NCBI GenBank assembly: GCA_964511015.1
Contig: CAZEDX010000002.1
Location: 197 to 64,196 of the forward strand
Reading direction: 5' to 3'
DNA length: 64,000 nucleotides
From: an uncultured bacterium
Lineage (GTDB): Bacteria; Lernaellota; Lernaellaia; Lernaellales; Lernaellaceae
Part shown: piece by piece, positions 27,047 through 37,800 of the stretch
How the letters are laid out: each line of letters starts with the position of its first letter
How positions within the stretch are numbered: the first letter of the stretch is position 1
Notes under the pieces: generated by a model
The model's database searches: none
Seen by the model: the letters and a program-made list of their open reading frames with translations, nothing else
Told to the model about the DNA's origin: nothing
Position numbers and translations under genes: made by a program

Positions 27047-29908
27047 ATGGACGAGGCAGCAAAAAATCGGCGTCGTTCGGAACTAGCGGCGGCCAAGGAG
27101 CGCATCGCTGAACTGGAGGCCCAACTCGCCGAGGCGCAAGCTCAAGCCACTAAGTACCTTCTCTTCCACGACACTTTCTTTTCCCTATTTGAGTTGACCA
27201 GTGCGGGGGTCGGTCTGATCCAGGACCACGCAATCATTTATGCGAACGACCGTTTAGGGCAGTTGTTGGGTCGGCCACCGGCAGAGATCCTCGGTCATCA
27301 TTTCACAGACTTCGTGGTGCCAGAACAACGCGAATGGCTCGCCGGTCTGTACGCGGCACATCTCGGTGGCAACAATGAGATCGACTGGACTACAGCGGCG
27401 TTGTTGAACAGCGATGGTTCGCCGGTGGACGTCGAACTGGAAGCTGCGGTGATCCGATACGACGGTAAGCCTACCGAGGTCGTGCTGGTTCGTGATATCC
27501 GGCGTCGCATCCGCGCCGAGCGCCTGTTACGTGATTCCGAAGAACGCTTCCGCATCGCCGCTTCGATTGCCGGCGACCTGATTTTCGAATGGACCTTGGA
27601 GGACAACCAGGTACGCTGGTTCAGCGATATCGACCGTTTGCTCGGCTACGAACCGGGCGGCTTCCCGCGTGAAGTGGCCGCGATGAACCAGCAAATCCAC
27701 CCCGACGACCGCGAACGCTTCTACCAAGCGGCGATGGAGTCCATCCGTACAGGTAATCCGTTTCGCGAGGAATACCGTCTGCGAAAGAAAAACGGCGAAT
27801 ACATTTATGTTTCCAGTCGTGGAATCGTGGTACACGATCGCGATGGTTGGCCGATCAAGTGGATCGGTGTGAACACGGACATTACCGAGCAACGCACAGC
27901 CGCTGATTCGCTGGCGGAATCACAAAGATACCTGGCCAATATCATCGACTTCCTGCCGGATGCCACGTTGGTCATCAACCACGAAGGCCGCGTCATCGCC
28001 TGGAACCGGGCGATGGAAGAGATGACCAGTGTTCCAGCCAAGGACATGCTCGGCAAAGGTAATTACGAATACGCGCTCCCCTTCTATGGCGAACGCCGCC
28101 CGATTCTAGTCGACATGGTGATGCAGAGACACCCGGAATTCGAGGCTCGTTATTCCGCCATTGTACGCAAAGACGAGACAATCTGGGGCGAGGCGTACAC
28201 GCCTTTCCTGGGCGGCGGGAAGATGTACCTTTCGGCCACGGCTGCGGTACTGCGAGATTCCAAAGGCAATGTCGCCGGGGCCATCGAGTCCATTCGGGAC
28301 AATACCGAACGTCAACAGGCCCAGGAAGCATTGCGCGCCAGCGAAGAAAAATTTCGCGCCTTAGCCGAGGGTTCGGCGGACGTCATCATGCGGTTCGACA
28401 CCGACTTCCGCCATGTCTATGTCAACCCCGCCGTCGAGGCCCAAACCGGCATTCCGCCAGCGGATTTTATAGGTAAAACCCATGCGGAATTGGGCTTCCC
28501 GCCACACCTGGTCGAGATCTTCGAAACCGCTCTGCACAAGACCGTCGAAACCCGCTCACCCAATCGTGTTGAATTCGAGTTGCCGAAACACATCTGGATA
28601 GACTGGGTGTTGACGCCGGAGTTTGGTCCTGACGGAAAGGTACAAGGGGTGATGACCGCCGCGCGTGACATCACCAACCTTAAGAACATTGAAAAGGCGT
28701 TGCAGGACAGTTTGGACCTGCTCGAAATGCGTGTGGCCGAACGAACCGCCGAACTCAGAGCACTCAATGAGTCGATGCAGATTGAAATCGCCGAACGCAA
28801 GCGCGCCGAAGAGTCTTTGCGCCGCAGCGAAGAGCGTTTTCGCTTTATGTCCTTCCACGACGCCATGACTGGCCTGTTCAACCGTACCTATTTCGACGAC
28901 AAAATGAAAGAGATCGACCAACAACTTGCCACGCTCTCCCCCCTGGCGATCATGGTCATGGACGTGGATGGACTAAAAATCGTCAACGACACATTGGGTC
29001 ACTCTGCCGGTGACGCGCTGCTGAACGCGGCGGCACGGGCGATCGGGCGTTCTTTCTCCGACGGTGCCATTCTCTGTCGCGTCGGTGGTGATGAATTCTG
29101 CGCCCTGTTGCCCGGAGTCGGTTGGGATGAAGCGGCGGCCAAACGCGATCAGATTCTAGAAAACGTACACTCGATTCAAGGCGAAAGTGAGGGGCCACGG
29201 CTGAGCCTCTCGATCGGCGTGGCTTGTTCGCTCGGTCACGAACGCGAAACCGCTTATGACGTATACCAGCGCGCCGATGAAGACATGTACCACTACAAAA
29301 TGATGCAGATCGGAAGCCCCAAGAGCCGCTTGATCGATGCCTTGTTGACCGCTCTGTCCCAGCGAGACTATGTCGCACAGGGACATGTGGAGCGACTGGC
29401 ACGGATAGCACGCATGATGGCCGACCGCCTTCGCCTACCGGAAAATCGCAAGAAAGATCTGTTGCTTTTGGCCAGAATGCACGATTTGGGAAAAATGGGC
29501 GTACCGGACCACATTCTATTCAAACCGGCGGCTTTGGATGATGCCGAATTCGATGCAATCAAAAAGCACGCTCACATCGGCCATAAAATCGCGACGCGGT
29601 CGCGAGAGCTTTCGCACATCGCGGCGCTTATTCTGCACCATCATGAATGGTGGGACGGCTCGGGCTATCCCTCCCACCTGCGTGCGGAGGCCATCCCACT
29701 CGAATGTCGCATCTTACATATTGCCGACGCTTTCGATGCCATGACCAATCCCCGGCCTTATCGCGGACCGCTAACAGGACGGGAAGCGATCGCCGAACTA
29801 ACGCGTAAGGCGGGCACCCAATTTGACCCCCATTTGGTGGAATGTTTTATTGAGCTGTACGATCAAGGGTTCTTCCGTGTAACACCCACTCCCGACAAAA
29901 ACCAGTAG
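27047..29908 (+). CDS. PAS/PAC-sensor protein with GGDEF (diguanylate cyclase) and HD-GYP (phosphodiesterase) domains
   Basis: ATG at 27047 has GAGGGGAAG 8 nt upstream; the track's TTG at 26975 is less likely. At least 4 PAS modules. GGDEF motif RVGGDEF. HD-GYP motifs HDLGKMGVP and HHHEWWDGSGYP. Confidence 0.9.
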   Translation: MDEAAKNRRRSELAAAKERIAELEAQLAEAQAQATKYLLFHDTFFSLFELTSAGVGLIQDHAIIYANDRLGQLLGRPPAEILGHHFTDFVVPEQREWLAGLYAAHLGGNNEIDWTTAALLNSDGSPVDVELEAAVIRYDGKPTEVVLVRDIRRRIRAERLLRDSEERFRIAASIAGDLIFEWTLEDNQVRWFSDIDRLLGYEPGGFPREVAAMNQQIHPDDRERFYQAAMESIRTGNPFREEYRLRKKNGEYIYVSSRGIVVHDRDGWPIKWIGVNTDITEQRTAADSLAESQRYLANIIDFLPDATLVINHEGRVIAWNRAMEEMTSVPAKDMLGKGNYEYALPFYGERRPILVDMVMQRHPEFEARYSAIVRKDETIWGEAYTPFLGGGKMYLSATAAVLRDSKGNVAGAIESIRDNTERQQAQEALRASEEKFRALAEGSADVIMRFDTDFRHVYVNPAVEAQTGIPPADFIGKTHAELGFPPHLVEIFETALHKTVETRSPNRVEFELPKHIWIDWVLTPEFGPDGKVQGVMTAARDITNLKNIEKALQDSLDLLEMRVAERTAELRALNESMQIEIAERKRAEESLRRSEERFRFMSFHDAMTGLFNRTYFDDKMKEIDQQLATLSPLAIMVMDVDGLKIVNDTLGHSAGDALLNAAARAIGRSFSDGAILCRVGGDEFCALLPGVGWDEAAAKRDQILENVHSIQGESEGPRLSLSIGVACSLGHERETAYDVYQRADEDMYHYKMMQIGSPKSRLIDALLTALSQRDYVAQGHVERLARIARMMADRLRLPENRKKDLLLLARMHDLGKMGVPDHILFKPAALDDAEFDAIKKHAHIGHKIATRSRELSHIAALILHHHEWWDGSGYPSHLRAEAIPLECRILHIADAFDAMTNPRPYRGPLTGREAIAELTRKAGTQFDPHLVECFIELYDQGFFRVTPTPDKNQ

Positions 29909-30022
29909 CCTTTACAAGCAGATTACAACGTGCAATATTGAAAAGTATAAGATAGTTAGCCAATTACTAGTGTAATAGACCAGAAAAGTGCAAGAAGTCA
30001 CAGGTGGAGTTTTCCGCCTATT

Positions 30023-33000
30023 TTGAGGACATTTTTATTCACCACTGCGCTTGATTGGGGAGGGCGCATGGCGAAGCATCCTGGCATCTGGTCGCGGCGA
30101 ACAGACAGCGAAGGCTATTGGAATCTCTTGCTGGTTACCGCGCTGGCAATAGCCGTTCTCCTTTTTCTGTTACGATCTAATGCAGTCAATCTTGACGAAT
30201 TCTGGCTTGCGTTCCTGTTTGAATACGTCGTCGCACTCTGGATTTCCTTCTCCATGCCCACGACACGTGTTATCACGTTGGCCTTGGTCGGAGCAGGGGT
30301 CGGCTGCGGCACCGAATTCACCGCTGCTCACGCGGAGTTGTGGACCTACGCCAACGACGTCGGTGTCGTCGCCGGCATTTTGATCTACAGCCTTACTGCG
30401 ATCGCGCTATTCGGCTTGGTCTATGTCATTAACCGTGTGCTGGCCCACCACAAATTCTTTCGGGCTACCGCCTGGGGCAATAGCCTGATCGTCCTGCTAT
30501 TGTTTCTGAGCCTATTCGCCTGGGCATATGGCCAAGAAAACAACCAATACTGGGCCAATATCTTTGCTCATCCAGTGGTGGTGATCTACTACTTCTTCCT
30601 GTTTCTTTTTGCGGTGACCATCGCATACTGCCTTCGGCTGAGTGCCTTGCTGGCAATCATCGCCGCGGCGGTGTTGGTCAGTCTCGTCGGACAGACGGCC
30701 GGCGGCATCTGGGCCGGGATCTGGCGATTCCTGCCCACTGCGCCAAAACCGGTCACCAGTCCACCCGACTACCTGGTCTACGCCTTGTGGCCGCTGGAGT
30801 ATTTTGTCGAGTTCGGATTCTCGGCCTTCCTGAGCGATCTGTTGATATATCTTTTCAAGGTTCGCCCGGAGCGCAATGGGAAAGACAATAAAGATCCGCA
30901 TCTTCCCATCCCTTTCTGGGATTGGAGCCATCCGGAAGGCCGGGTCGCCGGGCTGACTCGCGAAACCGGTCACTCCCTGGTTAAAATGTTGCGGCGCACG
31001 CCAGAAACCGGCGAGTTGATCGTGGCGATGGTTGGGCCGCTGGTCGTTTTCCTGTCCCTATTTCCCGAGCATCATTGGCGCCCCAGCCCCGGTGCGGCGA
31101 TCGCAAGCGCGGCGGTCTTTGGCATCGCACTGTTCGTCTCGTCGCGCCCCTACTGGAAGCGGACGGCGGCGCTGGTTGTCGGCGGTCTGGTATTCGGGGG
31201 TATGATCTGGATCGCGGCGGAAATGAAAGTACTTGGAGAAGCGCCGACGTTGCACTTGACCGCCCTGCCCTTGTCCGCGTTGCTTTTGGTGTCGATCTAC
31301 GGACTGGCGCATCTGACCACGCAGCTCTTTGCGCGACTGTTACCGGCCCAAAAGGAATGGGAGGACCATGGCGAGCCTAAACGGGCAGTCGTGTCGGTCG
31401 TGACGATTCTGATGCTGATCATTGTCGCCTTGTTTGTCTGGAATCCGGCATTCCTGTTTCCAGATCCCCACGCCGAGCCGGCCGGTGCGCCTGCGCTGTT
31501 CGTGTTCGGTTTTGGCGTGCTGCTGATCTTCACCCTTTGGTGGTACTTTTTTATGGTGCCGCTGCGGCGTAGTGCCATTCAGACCGTGGTTGCGGCACTG
31601 GCGACAGTTGTCTTCTTGCTGCCGATCGACTGGCGCGACGGACAGTTGGCCTGGCAACGTCTATTGTGGCAATCGGTCGGTCTAGTCATCGCTTATCTTT
31701 TTGTTTTTACAACCAGCGCACATGTGGCCAATGAACCATTGGCCAAAGCGATTCGGCGTACTTACTGGTGGCGGCGATGCGCCGGCAAGCGCGAGGTTGT
31801 ATTCCATGACAAACCGCACCAACAGGGTCGGCATCGAGTACTCGACAAAGATACCGGCGTGATGCACACCTACCCGCCAAAGGAGACCGGCGTCAGCGTT
31901 GCTGTAGCCACGCAACCCGAAGAGCCGGGGCAAACATTACCGACAATTCGGGAAACAGTCAGGTTGGCACTTGAACAACTCCGTGGGCACTGGCCAAAAC
32001 CCGGCACCACCGACCAGACGGTGGAAAAGGTCAAAGAAGCGGTGGCCGGCAAGACGGTCTTCATCAAACCGAACATCGTCGTGCCTACCGGCAGCCCCTA
32101 TACGACCGATGCGGACCTCGTCGACGAAGTTGCCAAGTACTGCCTTGAACACGGCGCCGCGAAGGTGCTGATCGGCGAAATCGCCATCAGCAACATTACT
32201 TCGCGCATGTCGCTGGTGGGTACCGGCGTGTACGACTACTGGAAACGAAGAAATGGCGTAGAGGTACACCTGCTTGATGAGGAAATGCTGATCCGCGTGC
32301 ACCTCAGCGACGATCCGGGTAACAAAATTCACCCCGCCGACCCGACGGGCGCGCCTGATCCGCAATGCCCCGTTCCAGCCGAAACGCAAAACCGGGTCGT
32401 CTTCAATCAGTTTCACATGCCGTATTTGATGGTCGACGCCGACACCTTCTTCATCGATATCCCGAAGATGAAAACGCACTTACAGTCGGCGGTCACGCTG
32501 GGCATCAAGAACTCCCACGGCGCCATCGCCGAGTGCGACCGCGGCTGCAAACACCAGCAGATCTCGCAGAAGGTGGTCGACATCACCAAGGTGTGGCTGC
32601 CTGATTTGACAATCGTCGACGGCTACGATGCGTTGGAAGGCATCGGACCCTGGCCTGGCGATCTAGTGCCGCTACGCGCCGTGATTGCCTCCAATGACGT
32701 GGTCGCCGCCGACCTCGTGGCCGGCCAGATGATGTGGAAAGAGCCGGTGGAGGGTAGAACGCCGGCCGAGAGTGCTCCCGATTTCCGCTCGCCGGTCGAT
32801 TTCGACACGAAGTTTGTCAAGACGACCTGGCTGGGCTACGAGCAGCGGCTGGGCCTACTCGATCCACGCGCGGTGAAATACGACTATTCCACCAACGACC
32901 CAGACTGGAACACCTTCCTGAGGAGACACTGCTACGAGCGGCCGTTCCGCGATCCGGACTACTGCGACGAAGGCCTGATTATGAACATCGGCCAGCGAGT

Positions 33001-33538
33001 CGGCGGCGAAGTCGATTTCGCCACGAAACCGTTGGTGCAAGAATATGATCCGCTGGAAAACAAATGGCTCAAGTGGCCGGCCAATCGCGAGTACCTGCCG
33101 CTCAGGGTAAACACTATCGTGCCCCCTTTCCCGGCGCTGCAGCAACCCACGCGTGCCTGGGGTCCGGCGCAAATGATCGCCGACGAATTCCGCTTCCCCG
33201 ACCTTGGTTCGTCGGTGATGTTCTCCGGCGTTTTCGGCCTGATGAAATGCGTGTTGGAGGACCACTTCACCCGCGAACTGAACGTACTGGACGGCTTCGC
33301 CATTGTGTATGGCCCGCTACGGAAGCCGCTGGTCTGCGAGGGCGCCATTCTGTTTGGCGACGGCGCAATCTCTACCGAATACCTGGTGTTCTCGCCGCGC
33401 ATCTACCCGTTGGCGGGCAAGGGCAAACCGCCAAACCGATACTCCGACATCTTCGAGCGCTTGTCGCAGGAGCTGGGTGGCAAGATTCTTAGCTTCGCTA
33501 CCGAAGCCATCACCGCCACCCGAGGATGGTACTGGTAA
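30023..33538 (+). CDS. Giant polytopic membrane protein (~14 predicted TM helices, aa 1-600) fused to a cytoplasmic DUF362 domain plus ~270-aa C-terminal extension
   Basis: Long hydrophobic helices throughout the N-terminal 600 aa. DUF362 hallmark VFIKPNIVVP...TDADLV...IDIPKMKTHLQSAVTLGIKNSHG...IVDGYDALEGIGPWPGD...IASNDVVAADLV. Alternative start is the ATG at 30068 (GGGGAGGG upstream). Confidence 0.8.
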   Translation: MRTFLFTTALDWGGRMAKHPGIWSRRTDSEGYWNLLLVTALAIAVLLFLLRSNAVNLDEFWLAFLFEYVVALWISFSMPTTRVITLALVGAGVGCGTEFTAAHAELWTYANDVGVVAGILIYSLTAIALFGLVYVINRVLAHHKFFRATAWGNSLIVLLLFLSLFAWAYGQENNQYWANIFAHPVVVIYYFFLFLFAVTIAYCLRLSALLAIIAAAVLVSLVGQTAGGIWAGIWRFLPTAPKPVTSPPDYLVYALWPLEYFVEFGFSAFLSDLLIYLFKVRPERNGKDNKDPHLPIPFWDWSHPEGRVAGLTRETGHSLVKMLRRTPETGELIVAMVGPLVVFLSLFPEHHWRPSPGAAIASAAVFGIALFVSSRPYWKRTAALVVGGLVFGGMIWIAAEMKVLGEAPTLHLTALPLSALLLVSIYGLAHLTTQLFARLLPAQKEWEDHGEPKRAVVSVVTILMLIIVALFVWNPAFLFPDPHAEPAGAPALFVFGFGVLLIFTLWWYFFMVPLRRSAIQTVVAALATVVFLLPIDWRDGQLAWQRLLWQSVGLVIAYLFVFTTSAHVANEPLAKAIRRTYWWRRCAGKREVVFHDKPHQQGRHRVLDKDTGVMHTYPPKETGVSVAVATQPEEPGQTLPTIRETVRLALEQLRGHWPKPGTTDQTVEKVKEAVAGKTVFIKPNIVVPTGSPYTTDADLVDEVAKYCLEHGAAKVLIGEIAISNITSRMSLVGTGVYDYWKRRNGVEVHLLDEEMLIRVHLSDDPGNKIHPADPTGAPDPQCPVPAETQNRVVFNQFHMPYLMVDADTFFIDIPKMKTHLQSAVTLGIKNSHGAIAECDRGCKHQQISQKVVDITKVWLPDLTIVDGYDALEGIGPWPGDLVPLRAVIASNDVVAADLVAGQMMWKEPVEGRTPAESAPDFRSPVDFDTKFVKTTWLGYEQRLGLLDPRAVKYDYSTNDPDWNTFLRRHCYERPFRDPDYCDEGLIMNIGQRVGGEVDFATKPLVQEYDPLENKWLKWPANREYLPLRVNTIVPPFPALQQPTRAWGPAQMIADEFRFPDLGSSVMFSGVFGLMKCVLEDHFTRELNVLDGFAIVYGPLRKPLVCEGAILFGDGAISTEYLVFSPRIYPLAGKGKPPNRYSDIFERLSQELGGKILSFATEAITATRGWYW

Positions 33539-34824
33539 TGGTCACCCCTCAACTGTTCAACGATGACCTAGCGCTGAAGGAATGGTTTTACGTCTACTAC
33601 ATCAAATGGATGGAAGTTGCCGAGAATGGGCGCTGGATGGCAGAGGGGCGCGGAATTAAGAACCCTTTGGTCTGGATTCCTCTCATGCCTTTCGGTCAAC
33701 AGCCGGCCGAACCATTCCACTACCTATTGACCGCATTGATCGACGCGCAACTGTGCAAGGTCGCACATAAACCGACCCACCGCTATGGCGGCGTCGGGAA
33801 TATGGCGACGATCATCGTCGACCCGCCGTCATCCAATCCGAGCGGGCCGGTGCCGTTCGTCATGTTCGAAGAAGTGGATGGCGGCATCGTCACCGACTAT
33901 CGCATGTACCCCAACGTGAACTGGCCAACGGCGGCGCGGCAACTGCAAATCGAGGGCTTTGATACCGCTGGCTGCTATCGCAAGTTTGTGCACACCTCCT
34001 TCCTGCGCCAGATCTACGAACTCCATCAGCAATGGCTGACCGACAGCGACAACGCGCGCTATCTGATCGGTTTCGCGGTCGCCCTGTTCAAGGCCCTGGA
34101 CAAGAAGAAGGCAAATGTCGATCCGCGGCCGCCGATGTTGGCCAACCTGCTAGCGGTGAAGAAGCAGATCAAGGTCGGCGACATCGACGTGGGCGGTACG
34201 TTGCTCAAGTACGCCCACCTGATGCCGAATCTGATTATCGAAGGACGCGGCGGCGACATGTTCATCGACCTGGGTGGACGCTTCAACCTGGTGTTGACCG
34301 ATGTGGCCCTCTTGTCCCTACTCGACTGTTTCAAATTCAACAATACATTGCCCACCCTGTCCTCTTCGCTCATCGCCTTCGCGAGCCAGGGGTTGCAGCG
34401 CGGCTGGATCAAGATCGACGGCGTGCGCTGGATGTCCAAGCTTTCGGCCGTTTTCTTGCGCCGCCGCATACGGTCCCTACCGCAAAAGGTGGCCCTGCTG
34501 ACCAAGATCATGGGGAACCCCTTCCGTCTGATGTTGAGCACCAACAACAAGGGCGTCGTCATCACCTTGAAAGACGGCCTGCCCGAGTCGATCAACCCGG
34601 CGGTCTTCCCCAGCGATCCAACCGACCTGCGCGGTCTGTGGCTTCACAATTGCGAAAAGCACGGGTTCATTCATCTCGCGGCGCGGCCGCGAGGCGGCGA
34701 ACTCAGCTTGCAGTTGTCGGATCAACTCGACTATTATCCGCAAAACGATTTTGTAAAATACATTATGCGAAAAGGAGCGTTGCAATTCCTGTTCGGGTTG
34801 GTATTCCCGTTTTTGTCTGACTAG
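33538..34824 (+). CDS. Hypothetical soluble protein (428 aa), no recognisable motifs
   Basis: The ATG at 33538 overlaps the upstream stop (TAATG). Uniform coding composition, no TM segment, no recognisable domain. 6-nt gap to the next gene. Confidence 0.7.
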   Translation: MVTPQLFNDDLALKEWFYVYYIKWMEVAENGRWMAEGRGIKNPLVWIPLMPFGQQPAEPFHYLLTALIDAQLCKVAHKPTHRYGGVGNMATIIVDPPSSNPSGPVPFVMFEEVDGGIVTDYRMYPNVNWPTAARQLQIEGFDTAGCYRKFVHTSFLRQIYELHQQWLTDSDNARYLIGFAVALFKALDKKKANVDPRPPMLANLLAVKKQIKVGDIDVGGTLLKYAHLMPNLIIEGRGGDMFIDLGGRFNLVLTDVALLSLLDCFKFNNTLPTLSSSLIAFASQGLQRGWIKIDGVRWMSKLSAVFLRRRIRSLPQKVALLTKIMGNPFRLMLSTNNKGVVITLKDGLPESINPAVFPSDPTDLRGLWLHNCEKHGFIHLAARPRGGELSLQLSDQLDYYPQNDFVKYIMRKGALQFLFGLVFPFLSD

Positions 34825-34830
34825 TGGGAC

Positions 34831-37800
34831 TTGAAAACGATGGTGGGCAGGACACTCCGTAATCGCTACCAATTGCGCCACAAGATCGGCCAAGGAGGCT
34901 GGAGCGAGGTCTACGAAGCGTTCGACCTGCAAGAAAACGTGCCGGTTGTCGCTAAAATTATGGAAGCTGGCCGAGACACCACTCATGACAATATGGTGTT
35001 GTTGTTCCAGCGCGAAGCCGTGTCCCTCTTGCGCTACCACCACCGGCACATCGTCAAGATTGTTGACTTCGGCGAAGACCAAGGCTCCTGCTTCATCATC
35101 ATGGAACACGACAACGGATTGTCACTGTTCCACTACCTGACCACCCAGGAATGGCCGACCATTTCCGAAGTCGTTCGCCTGATGATCCAGATCACCGAGG
35201 CGCTGCAGTACCTGCATGCCACCGGCAGCGTGCACCAGGATCTCAAACCATCTAACTTGATTCTGAAGGACGGCCGTATTGACCAATGCAAGATCGTGGA
35301 CTTTGGCTGTGTGCTGCTGAAGAATCTCGTCTACAGTTCGACCAAGCAGATCATCACCGGCACATTCCCCTATATTTCTCCGGAACAACTCGGTGCATAC
35401 AACAACGTCGTCGACCACCGCAGCGATCTCTACTCACTCGGCGTCATCTTTTACGAGTTACTTTCCGGCACCCGTCCATTTCCGCCGGACATGACTGCCA
35501 ACGACATTCTGCAAGGACGCTTCGATCGCATCGTGCCTCCTAGCCGGCTGAATCCGCTGATCCCGGAAGTGCTCGACCGCATTGTCATGAAGCTGATCGA
35601 GCACGATCCGAAGAACCGCTATCAGACTAGTGCCGGCTTGTTGGAGGATCTGAGCCAGTACCAGATACTGTCCACGCGAACGGTCGGCTCACCGTATTTT
35701 CGCATTGGCAAAGCCGACGCGAAAGGCAATTTGGAGTTCGACGTTCCGTTAATCGGACGTGAAGAAGAGTTGGCCGATCTTCGTCAGATGTTGCAACAAG
35801 CCAAAACCAAAGGCGCAATGCTGCTGTTAGGGGGCGAGACCGGATCAGGCAAGTCGCGTTTGCTCGAAGAGTTCCGCCTGTCATTGGCCGCATCGGAGCA
35901 GATCTACCTCTTCAGCAAATGCAGCGAAAGCAATATCAACTTCCCGTATTTTCCGCTGATCCAGATCTTTCATGACTATTCCGAATACCTCTCGACCTTG
36001 TCGCCCGAGGATGCCGCGCCACACCACGCCATCATCCGCGAGGCGCTGACCCCGTTCCACACGGAGTTGGCCAACCTGGCGCCGGCCATCGTCAAACTAT
36101 TGCCACCCACTCCTCCTGCGGCTCATACTGATGACCCGACAACCCGCATGCTGCAGTTCCAGGAAAAAATTGGTGAGTTTTTCGCGACAGTTGCCGAACG
36201 CATCAAACCGTTGGTGGTAGTGTTCGAAGACATGCACTGGGCCGACGCCGGCACATGTCGTTTCTTGCAAGTGCTGACGCCGATGCTGAATGAAAGACGA
36301 AATCTGTTGTGCATTCTGTCGTACCGGTCGGAAGAGGTCGATGATCACCCGAATCTGAAAGAGCTGCTGAATCGCGTTCGGACCAACAAGGGAAACCTGG
36401 TCTGGCTGCGCGTATCACCGCTGCCACCGATGACGGTTTGGGATTTCGTCGCCACCATCGTCCCGGAGGGCACGGAAGGCTACTCCGATCTCATGCGACT
36501 GCTGATTGAGTTCGGCCGTGGCAACCCGTTGTTCTTGATCGAATTGATCCGGGCCTTAATGGTGGAAGAAGCGATCGTGCGTGATGGGACTCGTTGGCAA
36601 ATCGCCCGCGAACGATTGAACGTTCCGGCGGTCGGATTGTCGCTCGCCGAGATCATCATTCGTCGCACCAAACAGCTCTCGAACGAGTGCAAGAAGGTAC
36701 TGGGAACCGCCTCGTGCGTCGGCCGCACCTTTTCCTCACACCTGCTGGCGGACATTGTCGGCTTGCCGGTTCGCGACCTGCTTACTTATCTGGATGAAGC
36801 TCTGCGCTCGCGGCTGGTTCTGCGGCGAGGTGTGGTCGACGGTGACAACTATTCCTTCACCCACGACCGCATCCACGAGACGTTTTACCAGAGCGTCGAT
36901 CCGATTGTCCGGCGAAACTTGCATCTGCTGATCGCCCAAACGTTGGAGCGGCAGAACCAAGCCGATCCTCGTAAAGCGGTCTACGAACTCGCCTTCCACT
37001 TCCTGCGAGCCGACGAGCCTGCCCGTGCATTCCGCTATGTCTTACAGGCGGCCGATGCCGCCCAGTATTCCATGGCCATGCACCAGGCCGCGCAGTACCT
37101 GGAACAAGGGCTCGACCTATTGGGGCGTCTGCCTACCGGAGTGGATTTCCTGGCGGCTGATCCCTCCCCACTGCGCGCGGCAGTCCGACAACGCACGAAC
37201 AAACCGGTCAGTCCGCGACGCGAGTTGGAAGAACGCATCCGGGAAGACCTGGCCGATGTTTACCTGTTCATCGGCGAATACGACAAGGCTATCGAAAACT
37301 ACAATCGGGTGCGTTCGGAAGGCATGGATTTGGTCAGTCTAGCGGTCTTGGAACGGAAGATCGGTACCGTGTATGTCCGGCGCGGGGATTTGCCGTTGGC
37401 TATTGAACACTTCCACGCCGGCATACGACATCTGCGCGGTGGCATGTCCCAAACGCGCGTCGGCGCGATCGCGCACAGCATCTGGTATATGCTTTTGAAC
37501 GGCTGTCAGTTTCTGCTACCGGCCCGGTTGCGGCGCCTATGCTTTAGCCGCCGCCAACAACAGGTCAAGGAACTGGTGGCCATGTACAACCTCACCTCCT
37601 TCGCCTATTTCTGGGTGGATGTCGGACGTGCTTTGGAGGTACAGGCCAAGGCCCGCTTCCTGGTCAATTTCCTGGATCACTCGTCCGTGGTCACGCGCGT
37701 TCTCGACCAGATGATCGTATTCTGGTCACTCTTCTCGGTCGGTTGGCTGTCACGGCGCAATGCTCGGGTCAGCCAGTCGATATGCCGCGAGTTGGGTGAC

